NCBI GenBank assembly: GCA_047633055.1
Contig: JBLIEI010000014.1
Span: 10,833 to 74,832, forward strand
Reading direction: 5' to 3'
Length of the DNA stretch: 64,000 nucleotides
From: Halieaceae bacterium
GTDB taxonomy: Bacteria; Pseudomonadota; Gammaproteobacteria; Pseudomonadales; Halieaceae
Positions 1 to 9,904 of the stretch are shown piece by piece. The notes below the pieces were generated by a model. That model was not told where the DNA came from. It made no database searches and worked only from the letters and a program-made list of their open reading frames with translations. Every line of letters begins with the position of its first letter. Position 1 is the stretch's first letter. A program made the position numbers and the translations under genes.

Positions 1-115
1 TTATCTGGCCCTTCTTGCCCAAATAATCTACCCGCAGCTGCTCAAGCACACCGCCTTCTTCGGCTGCGGCAATTGCAGCTTTGGCTTCGTTTGCTAATGG
101 TTCGAGGTTTTCCAT
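1..115 (-). CDS. pheS: phenylalanine--tRNA ligase alpha subunit, N-terminal fragment running off the window
   Basis: Reverse-strand ATG at 115-113 translates to MENLEPLANEAKAAIAAAEEGGVLEQLRVDYLGKKGQI, the conserved PheS N-terminus (VxYLGKKG). Its position after rplT fits the thrS-infC-rpmI-rplT-pheST order. It is truncated, so it is absent from the ORF track. Confidence 0.8.
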   Translation of the reverse strand, partial: MENLEPLANEAKAAIAAAEEGGVLEQLRVDYLGKKGQI

Positions 116-170
116 CTCTTCCCGTCTCTTGATTTTTCAGTCACTGTGCTCAGTCATAATAACGAGCAAT

Positions 171-199
171 AAAAAAGGGAAAGAGCCAAGCCCTTTCCC
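171..199 (-). terminator. rho-independent terminator/attenuator-like hairpin between rplT and pheS
   Basis: GGGAAAG (177-183) pairs with CTTTCCC (193-199). On the minus strand the hairpin is followed by a T-run (complement of A171-176). Confidence 0.6.
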
Positions 200-262
200 T
201 TTAAATCTTCATGTAGCCAGCGAACCGCGGGGCTAACTTCAGCCGATGCGATCAGGGTAGAC

Positions 263-622
263 TTAGGCGGCTAACGCCGACTTCGCTTGCTCCACGATGG
301 CTGCAAAAGCCGGCTTGTCATGTACCGCTAGGTCCGCGAGGACACGACGATCAAGACCAATTTCGGCTTTCTTCAGGCCATTAATCAAACGACTGTAGCT
401 CAGACCGTTTGCACGAGACTGTGCATTGATGCGAGTGATCCACAGCGCACGAAACTGACGCTTGCGCTGACGACGGTCACGGTATGCATACTGGCCGGCC
501 TTGGTTACGGCTTGCTTAGCAACTCGAAAAATACGGCTACGGGCTCCATAATAACCCTTGGCCTGCTTTAGAACTTTCTTGTGACGGCGGCTAGCCACCA
601 CACCACGTTTTACTCTAGGCAT
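263..622 (-). CDS. rplT: 50S ribosomal protein L20
   Basis: The 119-aa ORF begins [30 protein letters not shown], the canonical L20 sequence. Confidence 0.97.
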   Translation of the reverse strand: MPRVKRGVVASRRHKKVLKQAKGYYGARSRIFRVAKQAVTKAGQYAYRDRRQRKRQFRALWITRINAQSRANGLSYSRLINGLKKAEIGLDRRVLADLAVHDKPAFAAIVEQAKSALAA

Positions 623-653
623 AAGTCTTCTCCTTAATTATCCAATGGACCGA

Positions 654-848
654 TTACTTGGCTCGCAACAAACGATCAATAAGAACTTCATCATTCTTAT
701 GTATCATTGAAGTACCGCGCAACTGACGCTTACGCTTGGTAGTCATCTTGGTCAGGATGTGACTTCTGTTAGCGCTCTTGCGCTTGTATCCACCGGCAGT
801 TTTTTTAAACCGCTTGGCAGCCCCACTGTGAATTTTTGCTTTAGGCAT
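654..848 (-). CDS. rpmI: 50S ribosomal protein L35
   Basis: An internal start gives [45 protein letters not shown] (64 aa), typical of L35. The 18-aa N-terminal extension in the ORF track was trimmed. Confidence 0.93.
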   Translation of the reverse strand: MPKAKIHSGAAKRFKKTAGGYKRKSANRSHILTKMTTKRKRQLRGTSMIHKNDEVLIDRLLRAK

Positions 849-919
849 AATCAAATACTCCGCATTTGAGTTTAAAAGTAGAGATACTAATATGAAGAAC
901 ATAGGGCATTCACAGGCCG

Positions 920-1462
920 CTAGCTCTTCTTCTTGGGGGCGATAACCATAGTGAGTTGTCGGCCTTCCATTTTTGGAAATTGCTCGACTGCACCCAACTC
1001 GGCCAGATCAGCTTCTACTCGTTTGAGTAGCTCCATGCCGATTTCCTGGTGAGCCATCTCACGACCGCGAAAACGCAGTGTGACTTTGGCCTTATCGCCG
1101 TTTTCAAGGAAACGTGTCAGGTTGCGTAGTTTTACCTGATAGTCTCCATCCTCCGTCCCTGGACGAAACTTCATTTCTTTGACTTGCGTTCGTTTCTGCT
1201 TCTTACGCTGAGCAGATTTTTGCTTCTTGGCTTCGAATACGTGTTTACCGTAGTCCATAATCTTACAGACAACCGGGTCAGAATCAGCTATCTGTACCAG
1301 ATCCATACTTGCAGCTTCTGCTGCAGCAATGGCTTCACTTAGCGGGACAACTCCCACCTGCTCGCCTTCGGCGCCAACCAAACGGACCGGATCCGCCGTA
1401 ATTTGTTCGTTAGTTACTGCCTTTTTACTGCCACCTTTGCCACTGTCTTTCTTAATGCTCAT
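920..1462 (-). CDS. infC: translation initiation factor IF-3
   Basis: The segment [45 protein letters not shown] closely resembles E. coli IF3. The start is uncertain. An ATG at 1462 (MSIKK) overlaps the thrS stop, and an in-frame ATT at 1456 could be the classical IF3 AUU start. Confidence 0.9.
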   Translation of the reverse strand: MSIKKDSGKGGSKKAVTNEQITADPVRLVGAEGEQVGVVPLSEAIAAAEAASMDLVQIADSDPVVCKIMDYGKHVFEAKKQKSAQRKKQKRTQVKEMKFRPGTEDGDYQVKLRNLTRFLENGDKAKVTLRFRGREMAHQEIGMELLKRVEADLAELGAVEQFPKMEGRQLTMVIAPKKKS

Positions 1463-3383
1463 TCTCCAATGAAATACGACCACGTCGCGCTACGTCTTCG
1501 GTGAGGAGTTGGCAAAATGCCTCGAGATCCATTGATCCCAGGTCCTCACCACGACGGGCGCGCACGGCCAAGGTCTGTGATTCTACTTCTTTATCCCCTA
1601 CCACCAATAGGTACGGAACCTTCTGAATCGTGTGCTCGCGGATTTTAAAGCCGATTTTTTCATTTCTCAAGTCCGAAATGACCCTAAAACCCTTGTTTCT
1701 TAAGCAATCCTCCACATTTTTCGCATATTCGGACTGTTTGTCGGTGATATTCAGCACAACGGCCTGCTGAGGGGCCAGCCAAGTAGGAAAAACCCCCTCG
1801 TAATGTTCGATCAAAATACCGATGAAACGCTCAAAAGAGCCCAAAATGGCTCGGTGCAACATCACGGGTACCTGACGGGTACCGTCTTCTGCCACATACT
1901 GGGCATCCAACCGTCCGGGCATGGAGAAGTCGACTTGAATAGTGCCCAATTGCCACACTCGACCAATACAATCCTTCAGAGAAAATTCAATTTTCGGCCC
2001 ATAAAACGCACCTTCGCCGGGGAGCTCTTCCCAAGGCAAATTCTGTGCGTCCAGCGCATCTGCAAGTGCTTTCTCGGCCCGATCCCAGTCGGCGTCAGAT
2101 CCGACTCGTTGCTCGGGGCGGGTGGATAAGCGATAGATAACGTCGCTAAAGCCAAAGTCGGCATACACATCATGCAGGAAGTCGATAAAAGTGGAGACTT
2201 CCGGCTGAATCTGGGCCTCGGTGCAGAATATATGGGCATCGTCCTGAACAAAGCCCCGTACCCGCATGATGCCGTGCAGGGAACCGGAAGGCTCGTTGCG
2301 ATGGCAGCTACCGAATTCCGCCAATTTCAAGGGCAGGTCACGATAGGATTTAAGCCCCTGATTGAACACCTGCACATGGCAGGGGCAGTTCATCGGTTTA
2401 ACGGCAAACTCGCGTTCGTCCGTTTTCAGCATGAACATGTTGTCGCCAAATTTATCTGCGTGGCCTGACTTCTCCCACAAGGACATATCGACCAATTGAG
2501 GCGTTTTAATCTCCTCGTAGCCATGGTTGAACTGGGCCCGCCGCATGTACTGCTCTATGGTTTGGTAGATAGTCCAACCGGCCGGATGCCAAAACACCAT
2601 GCCTGGCGCTTCTTCCTGGGTGTGGAACAAGTCCAGCTTCTTACCAATTTTCCGGTGATCACGCTTTTCGGCTTCCGCAATACGGTTTAGGTATTGCTTG
2701 AGCTGTTTTTTAGTGGCCCAGGCAGTGCCGTAAATGCGCTGCAACATCTTGTTGTTGGAATCACCACGCCAATAGGCGCCTGCGACTTTGGTCAGCTTGA
2801 ATGCTTTCAACTTTCCAGTGCTGGGCACATGGGGGCCTCGGCACAGATCCATCCAGGCGCCCTGCCTGTAGATCGAAATCTCTTCGTTTTCCGGTAATTC
2901 CTCGATAATTTGTACTTTGTAGCGCTCCCCCATATTGCGGAAGATTTCTACTGCTTTCTCCCTACTGCAAACAATACGTTCTACAGGCAAATCATCGGCG
3001 ACAATCTGTTCCATCCGCTCTTCGATTTTTTCCAGATCTTCCGGACTGAAGTTGTTACCCGTGGCAAAATCGTAGAAGAAGCCGTCTTCAATGACCGGGC
3101 CGATGGTGACCTGGACTCCGGGAAAGAGCTGCTGAGTCGCCATCGCCATCAGGTGGGCGGTAGAGTGACGGATCACCTCTAGCCCCGCGTCGTCCCGCTC
3201 GGTAATTATGGCAAGCCCCGCGTCGGCTTCAATTATGTAGGACGTATCAACTTCACGGCCGTCTACGACGCCAGCAAGAGCAGCTTTGGCCAGGCCGGCG
3301 CCGATATCCGCGGCCACATCGTGGACCGAAACAGGATTATCAAACGAACGAATACTGCCGTCCGGCAGGGTAATAGCAGGCAT
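1452..3383 (-). CDS. thrS: threonine--tRNA ligase
   Basis: The 643-aa ORF has a TGS-like N-terminus ([10 protein letters not shown]), class II aaRS core motifs and the operon context thrS-infC. Confidence 0.96.
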   Translation of the reverse strand: MPAITLPDGSIRSFDNPVSVHDVAADIGAGLAKAALAGVVDGREVDTSYIIEADAGLAIITERDDAGLEVIRHSTAHLMAMATQQLFPGVQVTIGPVIEDGFFYDFATGNNFSPEDLEKIEERMEQIVADDLPVERIVCSREKAVEIFRNMGERYKVQIIEELPENEEISIYRQGAWMDLCRGPHVPSTGKLKAFKLTKVAGAYWRGDSNNKMLQRIYGTAWATKKQLKQYLNRIAEAEKRDHRKIGKKLDLFHTQEEAPGMVFWHPAGWTIYQTIEQYMRRAQFNHGYEEIKTPQLVDMSLWEKSGHADKFGDNMFMLKTDEREFAVKPMNCPCHVQVFNQGLKSYRDLPLKLAEFGSCHRNEPSGSLHGIMRVRGFVQDDAHIFCTEAQIQPEVSTFIDFLHDVYADFGFSDVIYRLSTRPEQRVGSDADWDRAEKALADALDAQNLPWEELPGEGAFYGPKIEFSLKDCIGRVWQLGTIQVDFSMPGRLDAQYVAEDGTRQVPVMLHRAILGSFERFIGILIEHYEGVFPTWLAPQQAVVLNITDKQSEYAKNVEDCLRNKGFRVISDLRNEKIGFKIREHTIQKVPYLLVVGDKEVESQTLAVRARRGEDLGSMDLEAFCQLLTEDVARRGRISLENEH

Positions 3384-3619
3384 GAGCTTTCCTTTAATCA
3401 GTGGTGACCCCTACCAAAGGCCACGTGGTTTGGAGCAAGCTGTTCAGAACAGAGCTGTGTAAAAATCTTTCTCAATTAATTCCCGCGGGAGACTATGAAA
3501 GTGGCTCCTCTGCGCGGGACGCAATATTGCCCTAAAAAGTGAGTGAACTAAAGGGCTCACGGTACTTTCACCGCTCTTTTAAATCTGCCCTCCGCTGCAT
3601 CTGCCAAGCGACACCAGAT

Positions 3620-4069
3620 TCAGTAATGAGCGTCGAGCCGCTCGGGGTGGTATTCGCCAAGCAAATTGACCAAACAGTGGGTGCTCAGGGGTATCGCATG
3701 GCTTTGGTTATTTAAAAAAGCAGAGACCGGTCGCACATCGCCGAGTAAATGACGATTCATCGCATTCAAGTCACTCACCGGAAGGCGATACTCGAGGTGC
3801 TCCTCATAGGCCACGGTTTCAAGATCATATTGACCTATAACATCAATGGGCAGCATTATCCGCACCACATAGCCTGCTCCGTGAAGCGGTACCTCCCACT
3901 GCCTGGCCATCATCTCCGCGTATCGCTGACAGAGCTTCAGGTAGAGAAAGTGCTCGCCATCCCAACCCGGCTCAATACGCCGCCAATCAGCGCGAATCAG
4001 CGCAGCAAGCTGCTTGGGACTAAGAGCCTGATATAACGCGATAGGTTCGCGGTGCTGCAGAGGTTTCAT
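3620..4069 (-). CDS. hypothetical cytoplasmic protein (149 aa), translationally coupled to the sortase gene
   Basis: The ATG at 4069-4067 overlaps the sortase TGA (ATGA at 4069-4066). No signal peptide or recognisable motif was found. The longer ORF-track start at 4120 would overlap the sortase by 55 nt. Confidence 0.55.
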   Translation of the reverse strand: MKPLQHREPIALYQALSPKQLAALIRADWRRIEPGWDGEHFLYLKLCQRYAEMMARQWEVPLHGAGYVVRIMLPIDVIGQYDLETVAYEEHLEYRLPVSDLNAMNRHLLGDVRPVSAFLNNQSHAIPLSTHCLVNLLGEYHPERLDAHY

Positions 4070-4695
4070 AAAGCGTACTCCTGAGAGCGGGATGGGGAAC
4101 CTGAGGTGATATTGACCCATTGCGGCAATGGCCTAGCACTCACCACATAACGCATTGAGCCGGCGGCGGAGAGCGCGTCGAAGGGATAGCAGGTAACCAG
4201 AATCAATCCGGCAGCGTTGCTATTTTGTACCAACGCCTGACGGCTGGCGTCGATAACTACAGTGTCCTCGACAACATAAGTTAGCGTTGCTCCACTGGCG
4301 TCCTGAAGTCTTATTTCGGCGCCAAGCGTCAGTTCCTCTAAAAAAGCGAAGTGTGTATCCCGGTGACCACCGATCACCACCAGGCCATCCTTACCGGGCA
4401 GAGCTGAGGCCGTGGCATGGCCGGGACCAAACGCCAGTGCATTGCCAGAGTCTCCAGCAAGCACCATCAAATCTACATCTTGATTGGGAACCTGCAAGCG
4501 GGCCACCGGCCACGTATCTGCCCAAGGCCAGGGCTTCACCGAGGTGCCAGCACCAAGTAATGTCGTCTCCCAGGCGCGCTCGACAAGAACGGGGGCCAGC
4601 CACGCCTTGGCTTTTATCACTGCGGCACTGCTTAGCTGATGAGATCCGGCCAGGGCGGCACACAGAGCCAACACACTGAAACCGGTTTTAAACAC
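4066..4695 (-). CDS. class GN (proteobacterial dedicated) sortase
   Basis: The protein has an N-terminal membrane anchor, a catalytic His context (VIGGHRDTHF) and a TLxTC-like Cys motif (LILVTCYPF). It overlaps its target gene by 8 nt. Confidence 0.85.
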   Translation of the reverse strand: MFKTGFSVLALCAALAGSHQLSSAAVIKAKAWLAPVLVERAWETTLLGAGTSVKPWPWADTWPVARLQVPNQDVDLMVLAGDSGNALAFGPGHATASALPGKDGLVVIGGHRDTHFAFLEELTLGAEIRLQDASGATLTYVVEDTVVIDASRQALVQNSNAAGLILVTCYPFDALSAAGSMRYVVSARPLPQWVNITSGSPSRSQEYAL

Positions 4696-6877
4696 GAAGA
4701 TTGTCCTCCTCAGCTCTGCGCATCACGTAAAACATCATCGCTAAAAACAGCAGAAATGTGCCGAGATAGACCTGCGCAGGTCCATTGGTTGCAGTCCTTG
4801 GGTAAGCATAGCTCTGGGAGCTTTGGCCTTGCGGGCGCGTGTTGGCGACGGCCTTTTTGCCAAGCAATTCACTGGTGGGCCGTGAAATTAATTCTTCGAC
4901 CGCAACAAAGCTGGTGTAAGGGCTCATTAACTGATGCTTAAGTGCTACCGGTAACACGTCGGCGCGAACCGAGTCCTCGTCGCGGCCCAGCACCTTTTTA
5001 TCCAATAGCCCGGCAATTTTTTGACGGGCCCAGAGGCTCGCAATTCCCGGGTGCTGGTTAAATTGGCTATCGCCATCCGGAGCGACCAGCTTGAGCTGTT
5101 TTCGCCACTGCTGGTCGCTGAGTCGCCCGCTGATCTCAACTTCCCCTACCGGCTGCTTGTCACCGAAGTTGACTGCCACCAATACAGGTTCTCCACTGTA
5201 AAGATCTGGCACACGCTTTGGCCATACCTCCACCGACACAGGCCAGCTAATGGATATATCCAGGGCGGCAGGCTCCGCTAGCTGCTCAAATAGCAGACTC
5301 ATCTTGTCACCGATTTCGGTCAGATCGCCAATATGCGTGTGGGTTCCCCGACCAAAATCCGCGGCTTTACGCATGAACCAACTGTTGGGCGCCGAACCAA
5401 TACCCACGGTAAACAGACGGGTGTCGCCAAGGCGGCTGGCGATTTCCTCGAACAGAGCCAATTCATTACCTACTGCCCCGTCAGTGATAAAAACCACTTG
5501 GCGCAGGCCGACTTGCTCACGATACAGATCAGGATCGCCTTCTGGAGACAGCGCGCGACGCAGTGCTGGCAGCATTTCTGTGCCTCCTGAGGCCTTCAGT
5601 TGGCGCACAAACTCCTGGGCCCTTTGCACATTGTGCCGGCTGGCTGAAACAGGTTGTTTGTACAACGCGCGGTGAATGGAGTTGAACTCAATGATATTAA
5701 AGCGATCCTGGGAGCTCAGTCGCTGCAGGGCCAGGGCAAGGCTTTTTCTGGCCTGGGCAATAGATACGCCGCCCATGGAGCCCGAGGTATCCACCACAAA
5801 GATAATCTCTCTGGGCAGGGGCGCTGCCATTTTGGTCGAGGTCGGCGGGACAACAAGCATCAACCCAAAATATTCGTCCCCCACCTGCTCAGTGAACAGG
5901 GCCGCCGTCGGCGCAGAGCCGGTGACCGGTTGCCAGCTCAGCACAAAGTCTCTGTCCATTTCCGAGACCCCACTTACCAGCTCGATGGAGTAACGCCCCT
6001 TATCCCGCGCGAGACTCAATTGGTGATAGGAGGACTCAACTTTCGCCAGTGGCATTCCCATATCCAATTGCGCGGTAATTTCAATCGGGTTGAGCGGCGA
6101 GCGATCGGAGCCTGAACGCTGGTACTGGGCTGGGGATATAGCGCCTGCATCTGGCACCTGGTCGGTGGCCATCGCCCAACCCAGGTAGGGGTTCACCTCA
6201 ACACTTTCAGCGTCTTCGGGATCATGATCTGCTGTTATCGGCGAGCCCGGCATGTAACGGGGCGTTATGGTCATGGGAAAGCGCAACGAGAACTCACCCG
6301 CTACATAGTCTACCTGCTGCACGTATTCCAGACGCACAGTGATCAGCTCGCCAGGGCCTATATTGGCAACCCGGTTAGTGAATATATTGGGGCGCTGCTG
6401 CTCAATCAGACTGGCTTTCTTACCGGTTTTTTTTGCGGCCCGGTAGATCGCCTTCGCCTGCGCTTTTTCCCGCACCTTACCGACAATTTTTCGATCGCCA
6501 ATCACCAGCTCTAAATAGCGTACGGCGGCCGTTTCCGGCAGTGGAAAACTGTAAACGCCCTCCATCCAGCGATCGCTGGGATTGCTGAAAGTCTGCTCAA
6601 GACTTACCACAGCGACCATGCCGCTAATATCGAAGTGAACTTTACTGCCCTGCACAATCGCCCGACCGGAGGCACCTTCAGCAGACTGCAGTAGCATATA
6701 ACCGCCCTCCACCTCGCCCTGCTCTTCCGTCGCGCGCACTAAGCCACCCCCTAGCAGCACTGCCACCAAAGTGACGCCGATCAGGCGTGGCAGGCAGTGA
6801 AAACAGACCCACAGGGCCGAGTTTAGATTTGCAGTCCGACCACCCCCATGACGTTCATGAACCGTTACTAAATACAC
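4688..6877 (-). CDS. sortase target protein with VIT-like and von Willebrand A domains
   Basis: It has a signal/TM segment, a vWA MIDAS motif (FVVDTSGSMGG) and a C-terminal sorting signal: YPRTAT, then the hydrophobic helix LGTFLLFLAMMFYV, then the charged tail RRAEED. The start codon is not certain. Confidence 0.85.
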   Translation of the reverse strand: MYLVTVHERHGGGRTANLNSALWVCFHCLPRLIGVTLVAVLLGGGLVRATEEQGEVEGGYMLLQSAEGASGRAIVQGSKVHFDISGMVAVVSLEQTFSNPSDRWMEGVYSFPLPETAAVRYLELVIGDRKIVGKVREKAQAKAIYRAAKKTGKKASLIEQQRPNIFTNRVANIGPGELITVRLEYVQQVDYVAGEFSLRFPMTITPRYMPGSPITADHDPEDAESVEVNPYLGWAMATDQVPDAGAISPAQYQRSGSDRSPLNPIEITAQLDMGMPLAKVESSYHQLSLARDKGRYSIELVSGVSEMDRDFVLSWQPVTGSAPTAALFTEQVGDEYFGLMLVVPPTSTKMAAPLPREIIFVVDTSGSMGGVSIAQARKSLALALQRLSSQDRFNIIEFNSIHRALYKQPVSASRHNVQRAQEFVRQLKASGGTEMLPALRRALSPEGDPDLYREQVGLRQVVFITDGAVGNELALFEEIASRLGDTRLFTVGIGSAPNSWFMRKAADFGRGTHTHIGDLTEIGDKMSLLFEQLAEPAALDISISWPVSVEVWPKRVPDLYSGEPVLVAVNFGDKQPVGEVEISGRLSDQQWRKQLKLVAPDGDSQFNQHPGIASLWARQKIAGLLDKKVLGRDEDSVRADVLPVALKHQLMSPYTSFVAVEELISRPTSELLGKKAVANTRPQGQSSQSYAYPRTATNGPAQVYLGTFLLFLAMMFYVMRRAEEDNLRV

Positions 6878-6964
6878 TATCCCTCTCCCGCTTAATGTCG
6901 ATGAGAGGCATTACACCTGTAATTTATGGCATTCATAGGTAACAATAGTGACGAAGAGACGACA

Positions 6965-6983
6965 AATTGTGGCGAATTGTGGC
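6965..6983 (+). promoter_or_regulatory. tandem direct repeat AATTGTGGC-N1-AATTGTGGC in the divergent sortase/regulator promoter region (candidate OmpR-family box)
   Basis: Two identical 9-mers sit at 6965-6973 and 6975-6983 with 10-bp periodicity, upstream of the likely response-regulator start at 7049. Confidence 0.35.
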
Positions 6984-7048
6984 AAGGGCTTGAGCAAATC
7001 TCTGGAATTTGGAACTATGGGTATCCCAAAGTCAGGCTCAACAACGCA

Positions 7049-7741
7049 ATGCCCCATCACATCGCTATTGTGGAAGATGAACCCACCATCGCTGCGAATT
7101 ATCGCGATGCCTTACAGCGTCGCGGCTTTCGCGTGAGCGTGCATCGCGACCGATGCAGTGCAAGTCTGGCCTTTGACCGCGGCATGCCTGATCTCGCCAT
7201 CATCGACGTCGGTCTGGGTGATGACATTGAAGGCGGCTTCGAGCTCTGCCGCGAACTGCGCAGCCGCTGCCCCGAACTACCTATCGTATTTCTGACCGCG
7301 CGTGATACCGAACTCGACATCATCAGTGGGTTACGACTGGGGGCCGATGATTACCTGACCAAGGACATCAGCCAGGCCCATATGCTCGCTCGCATAGTCG
7401 CCCTGTTTCGTCGGGTGCAGGCGATGAAATCACCGGTCGCCAAGGAAGATGTTATTAAACAAGGGGAACTTGCGGTTAACCTCCAGCGCATGACAGTAAC
7501 CTGGCAGGAGGAGACGGTCGACTTAACGGTCACGGAATTCTGGATGGTCCACGCGCTGGTGGCTCATCCCGGCCACGTCAAGAACCGTCAACAACTCATG
7601 GATGCGGCCAACGTGGTCCTGGATGACAACACGATCACCTCGCATATAAAACGAATTCGGCGCAAGTTCCACACTCTTGATCCGCAGTTTAACGCTATCG
7701 AAACGGCCTACGGTTTAGGCTACCGCTGGCTATCGAGCTAA
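7049..7741 (+). CDS. OmpR-family response regulator of the dedicated sortase system
   Basis: The receiver domain begins MPHHIAIVEDEP and contains DLAIIDVGLGD. The C-terminus is a winged-helix domain (AYGLGYRW). The ORF-track start at 6926 was trimmed to the first Met preceding the receiver fold. Confidence 0.85.
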   Translation: MPHHIAIVEDEPTIAANYRDALQRRGFRVSVHRDRCSASLAFDRGMPDLAIIDVGLGDDIEGGFELCRELRSRCPELPIVFLTARDTELDIISGLRLGADDYLTKDISQAHMLARIVALFRRVQAMKSPVAKEDVIKQGELAVNLQRMTVTWQEETVDLTVTEFWMVHALVAHPGHVKNRQQLMDAANVVLDDNTITSHIKRIRRKFHTLDPQFNAIETAYGLGYRWLSS

Positions 7742-7744
7742 CAG

Positions 7745-9832
7745 ATGAATCTACGGAGACAGTTATTGTTGGTTAGCCTGCTATTGCTCGCTCTACCCTG
7801 GGCCGGTTGTCAGTTTGTGCGTGAAATAGAAGGCACCATGCGCCAGGGACAAGTGCAGTCACTGCAGGCCACCACTCAGGCGATAGCCGCCGCCCTGCGC
7901 GACCAGCCAACGCTGCTATATCCCGACCCGCGTCGTTCCTCAACACTGCCCGCCAAAGACGGCAGCATTTATGCCCGTGAGAGTACCGCACCGATTATAG
8001 TAGATGGCTACGCCGACGGCTGGGAGCCACGCTATAACACTCGCCTGCGTGCATCCATTGATGAGACTGAGTTTGCCGTGCAGTACCAGGCTCACACCCG
8101 TGACAGCAGGCTTTATCTACTATTTCAGGTAGAAGATCCCAGCGTTATATTTCACAACCCGGGGATTTCACGGGAGGCCAATGGCGACCGGTTAATACTG
8201 CAGACCTGGCTTGCGAACAAGCGCCAGCAATACGTCATCGCCAGTGCAGCGCCAGGCGTGGTACGAGCGCAATTTGGCGGCCGACGCCACCCCGGGATCA
8301 ATCCTGCTCGCATTCATGGCGTGTGGCAGGACGCCGCCAATGGCTATACCCTGGAACTGGAAATGCCTCTTTCACTCATAGGAGAGCGTCTCGGGTTTTT
8401 TATCATCAACGCAAGCAGCGGCAGCGGCAAGATTCTGGGCACAGTTGGCAACATAGATGCCCTGCGCACAGCGGCGCCCCCCTGGCTAATTCATTCGCCA
8501 GCACTGTTACCGGAAGTGCTGCAGCCCTTCGCGCAACTAGGCGGTACCGTCACAGTCTTTGATAGAGGAAACTGGCAGCTGGCTGAAGCGCAACCGAATC
8601 TGGAGGACGCTAACCCGATCGACGGGGATGAGCAGGAAACCTTCTGGCTACTCAAATTACTTTACCGCAGCATTCTAGCCGAAGAGCCGCTACCCGCGCT
8701 GCACCCAACCGACGATACAGGCCAGCGTCAGTCGGTAGAAATTAGCGCGGCTCTGGCTGGCCGCGCTGAAAGTCGATGGTACGGCAGCCAATCGGGCGGT
8801 GCGCGGGCTACCCTATCATCAGCTGCACCCATTATTGACCAAAATATTGTTATTGGTGCTGTGGTCGTACAACAGAACAGCGAGCAGTACCTTTCTCTGA
8901 CTGATCGCGCATTCAGCCGACTGCTTGGCTACAGCTTCCTAGCCCTGGTAATCGCCAGTATGGGGCTTTTAGGTTACGCCACGGTGTTAAGTTGGCGGAT
9001 AAAGCAGCTGAGTATAGCCGCAGCCAATGTCGTGCAAAGAGATCGATCTGTGGGTAAAAACTTTCCGCGAAGTCAGGCCAAGGATGAGATTGGTGAACTG
9101 TCACGACGTTATGCCGATCTACTGACAGAGCTGGGGGAATACAATGAGTACCTGCGAACGTTAAGTAGCAAACTATCGCATGAGTTACGAACCCCCATTG
9201 CTGTCATCCAGTCCTCACTGGACAATCTTGAACAATCGCAGGACTCAGCGGGAGAACGGGAAATCTATGTACAACGAGCCAGAGAGGGGCTAAGTAGACT
9301 TGCAGGGATTTTGACGGCGATGAGTGAGTCTTCGCGAGTAGAAGAAAGCATTTACAGCAGCAACAATACAGCCATTGATCTTCAGCCGTTATTAAACGAA
9401 CTGCAAGCAGCTTACGCTGCCGTCTACCCGACATTCGATATCCGGCTAGATTGCTCGGTTTCTATTGCAGAAACTTACGGTTCAGCTGATCTGTTGGTTC
9501 AGGCGCTGGACAAGCTGCTGGAGAATGCTGCCTCATTCTCCAAACCCGGCGGCGTCATTACCTTAGAGCTTAACGAGAGCGAGCAGAAAAAAGCCTGGTT
9601 AATATCGGTAACCAATACCGGCTCCAGCCTGCCTGAAGACATGAAGAATCGCTTGTTTGAACCTATGGTTTCGGTGCGCAGTTCGGCCAGCACCGAGCAG
9701 GTACACCTGGGCTTGGGCTTGCATATCGTGTCGTTGATCTGCGCATCTTTCAATGGATCCGTATTCGCTGAAAACCTTGCCGATAGTCAAGGCGTGCGAT
9801 TTTCTCTAGGCTTACCCAAACATCCTACATAA
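7745..9832 (+). CDS. sensor histidine kinase of the dedicated sortase system
   Basis: The 695-aa protein has an N-terminal TM segment, a large periplasmic domain, a second TM segment and an H-box (SHELRTPIAVIQSS). The C-terminal ATPase N/G boxes are present (LLENAASFS and HLGLGLHIV). Confidence 0.85.
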   Translation: MNLRRQLLLVSLLLLALPWAGCQFVREIEGTMRQGQVQSLQATTQAIAAALRDQPTLLYPDPRRSSTLPAKDGSIYARESTAPIIVDGYADGWEPRYNTRLRASIDETEFAVQYQAHTRDSRLYLLFQVEDPSVIFHNPGISREANGDRLILQTWLANKRQQYVIASAAPGVVRAQFGGRRHPGINPARIHGVWQDAANGYTLELEMPLSLIGERLGFFIINASSGSGKILGTVGNIDALRTAAPPWLIHSPALLPEVLQPFAQLGGTVTVFDRGNWQLAEAQPNLEDANPIDGDEQETFWLLKLLYRSILAEEPLPALHPTDDTGQRQSVEISAALAGRAESRWYGSQSGGARATLSSAAPIIDQNIVIGAVVVQQNSEQYLSLTDRAFSRLLGYSFLALVIASMGLLGYATVLSWRIKQLSIAAANVVQRDRSVGKNFPRSQAKDEIGELSRRYADLLTELGEYNEYLRTLSSKLSHELRTPIAVIQSSLDNLEQSQDSAGEREIYVQRAREGLSRLAGILTAMSESSRVEESIYSSNNTAIDLQPLLNELQAAYAAVYPTFDIRLDCSVSIAETYGSADLLVQALDKLLENAASFSKPGGVITLELNESEQKKAWLISVTNTGSSLPEDMKNRLFEPMVSVRSSASTEQVHLGLGLHIVSLICASFNGSVFAENLADSQGVRFSLGLPKHPT

Positions 9833-9904
9833 TAAATCAAGCCACTGACGGTCGTAGTCGTGTCGCTGGCGCACAGGTTTAAAATAGTCACCACTATGAC
9901 ACTG

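Noticed and set aside
116-262. Possible pheM-like Phe-rich leader peptide/attenuator upstream of pheS.
   Set aside because: The only short ORF on the correct strand is M-K-I-stop, with no run of Phe codons. Only a terminator-like hairpin can be supported.
1803-3182. Chains of antisense or out-of-frame ORFs inside thrS. Similar chains occur inside the vWA target, uvrB, gyrA, rpsA, aroA and the capsid gene.
   Set aside because: Each lies wholly within a long ORF that has unmistakable family motifs. Such shadow ORFs are typical of GC-rich coding DNA.
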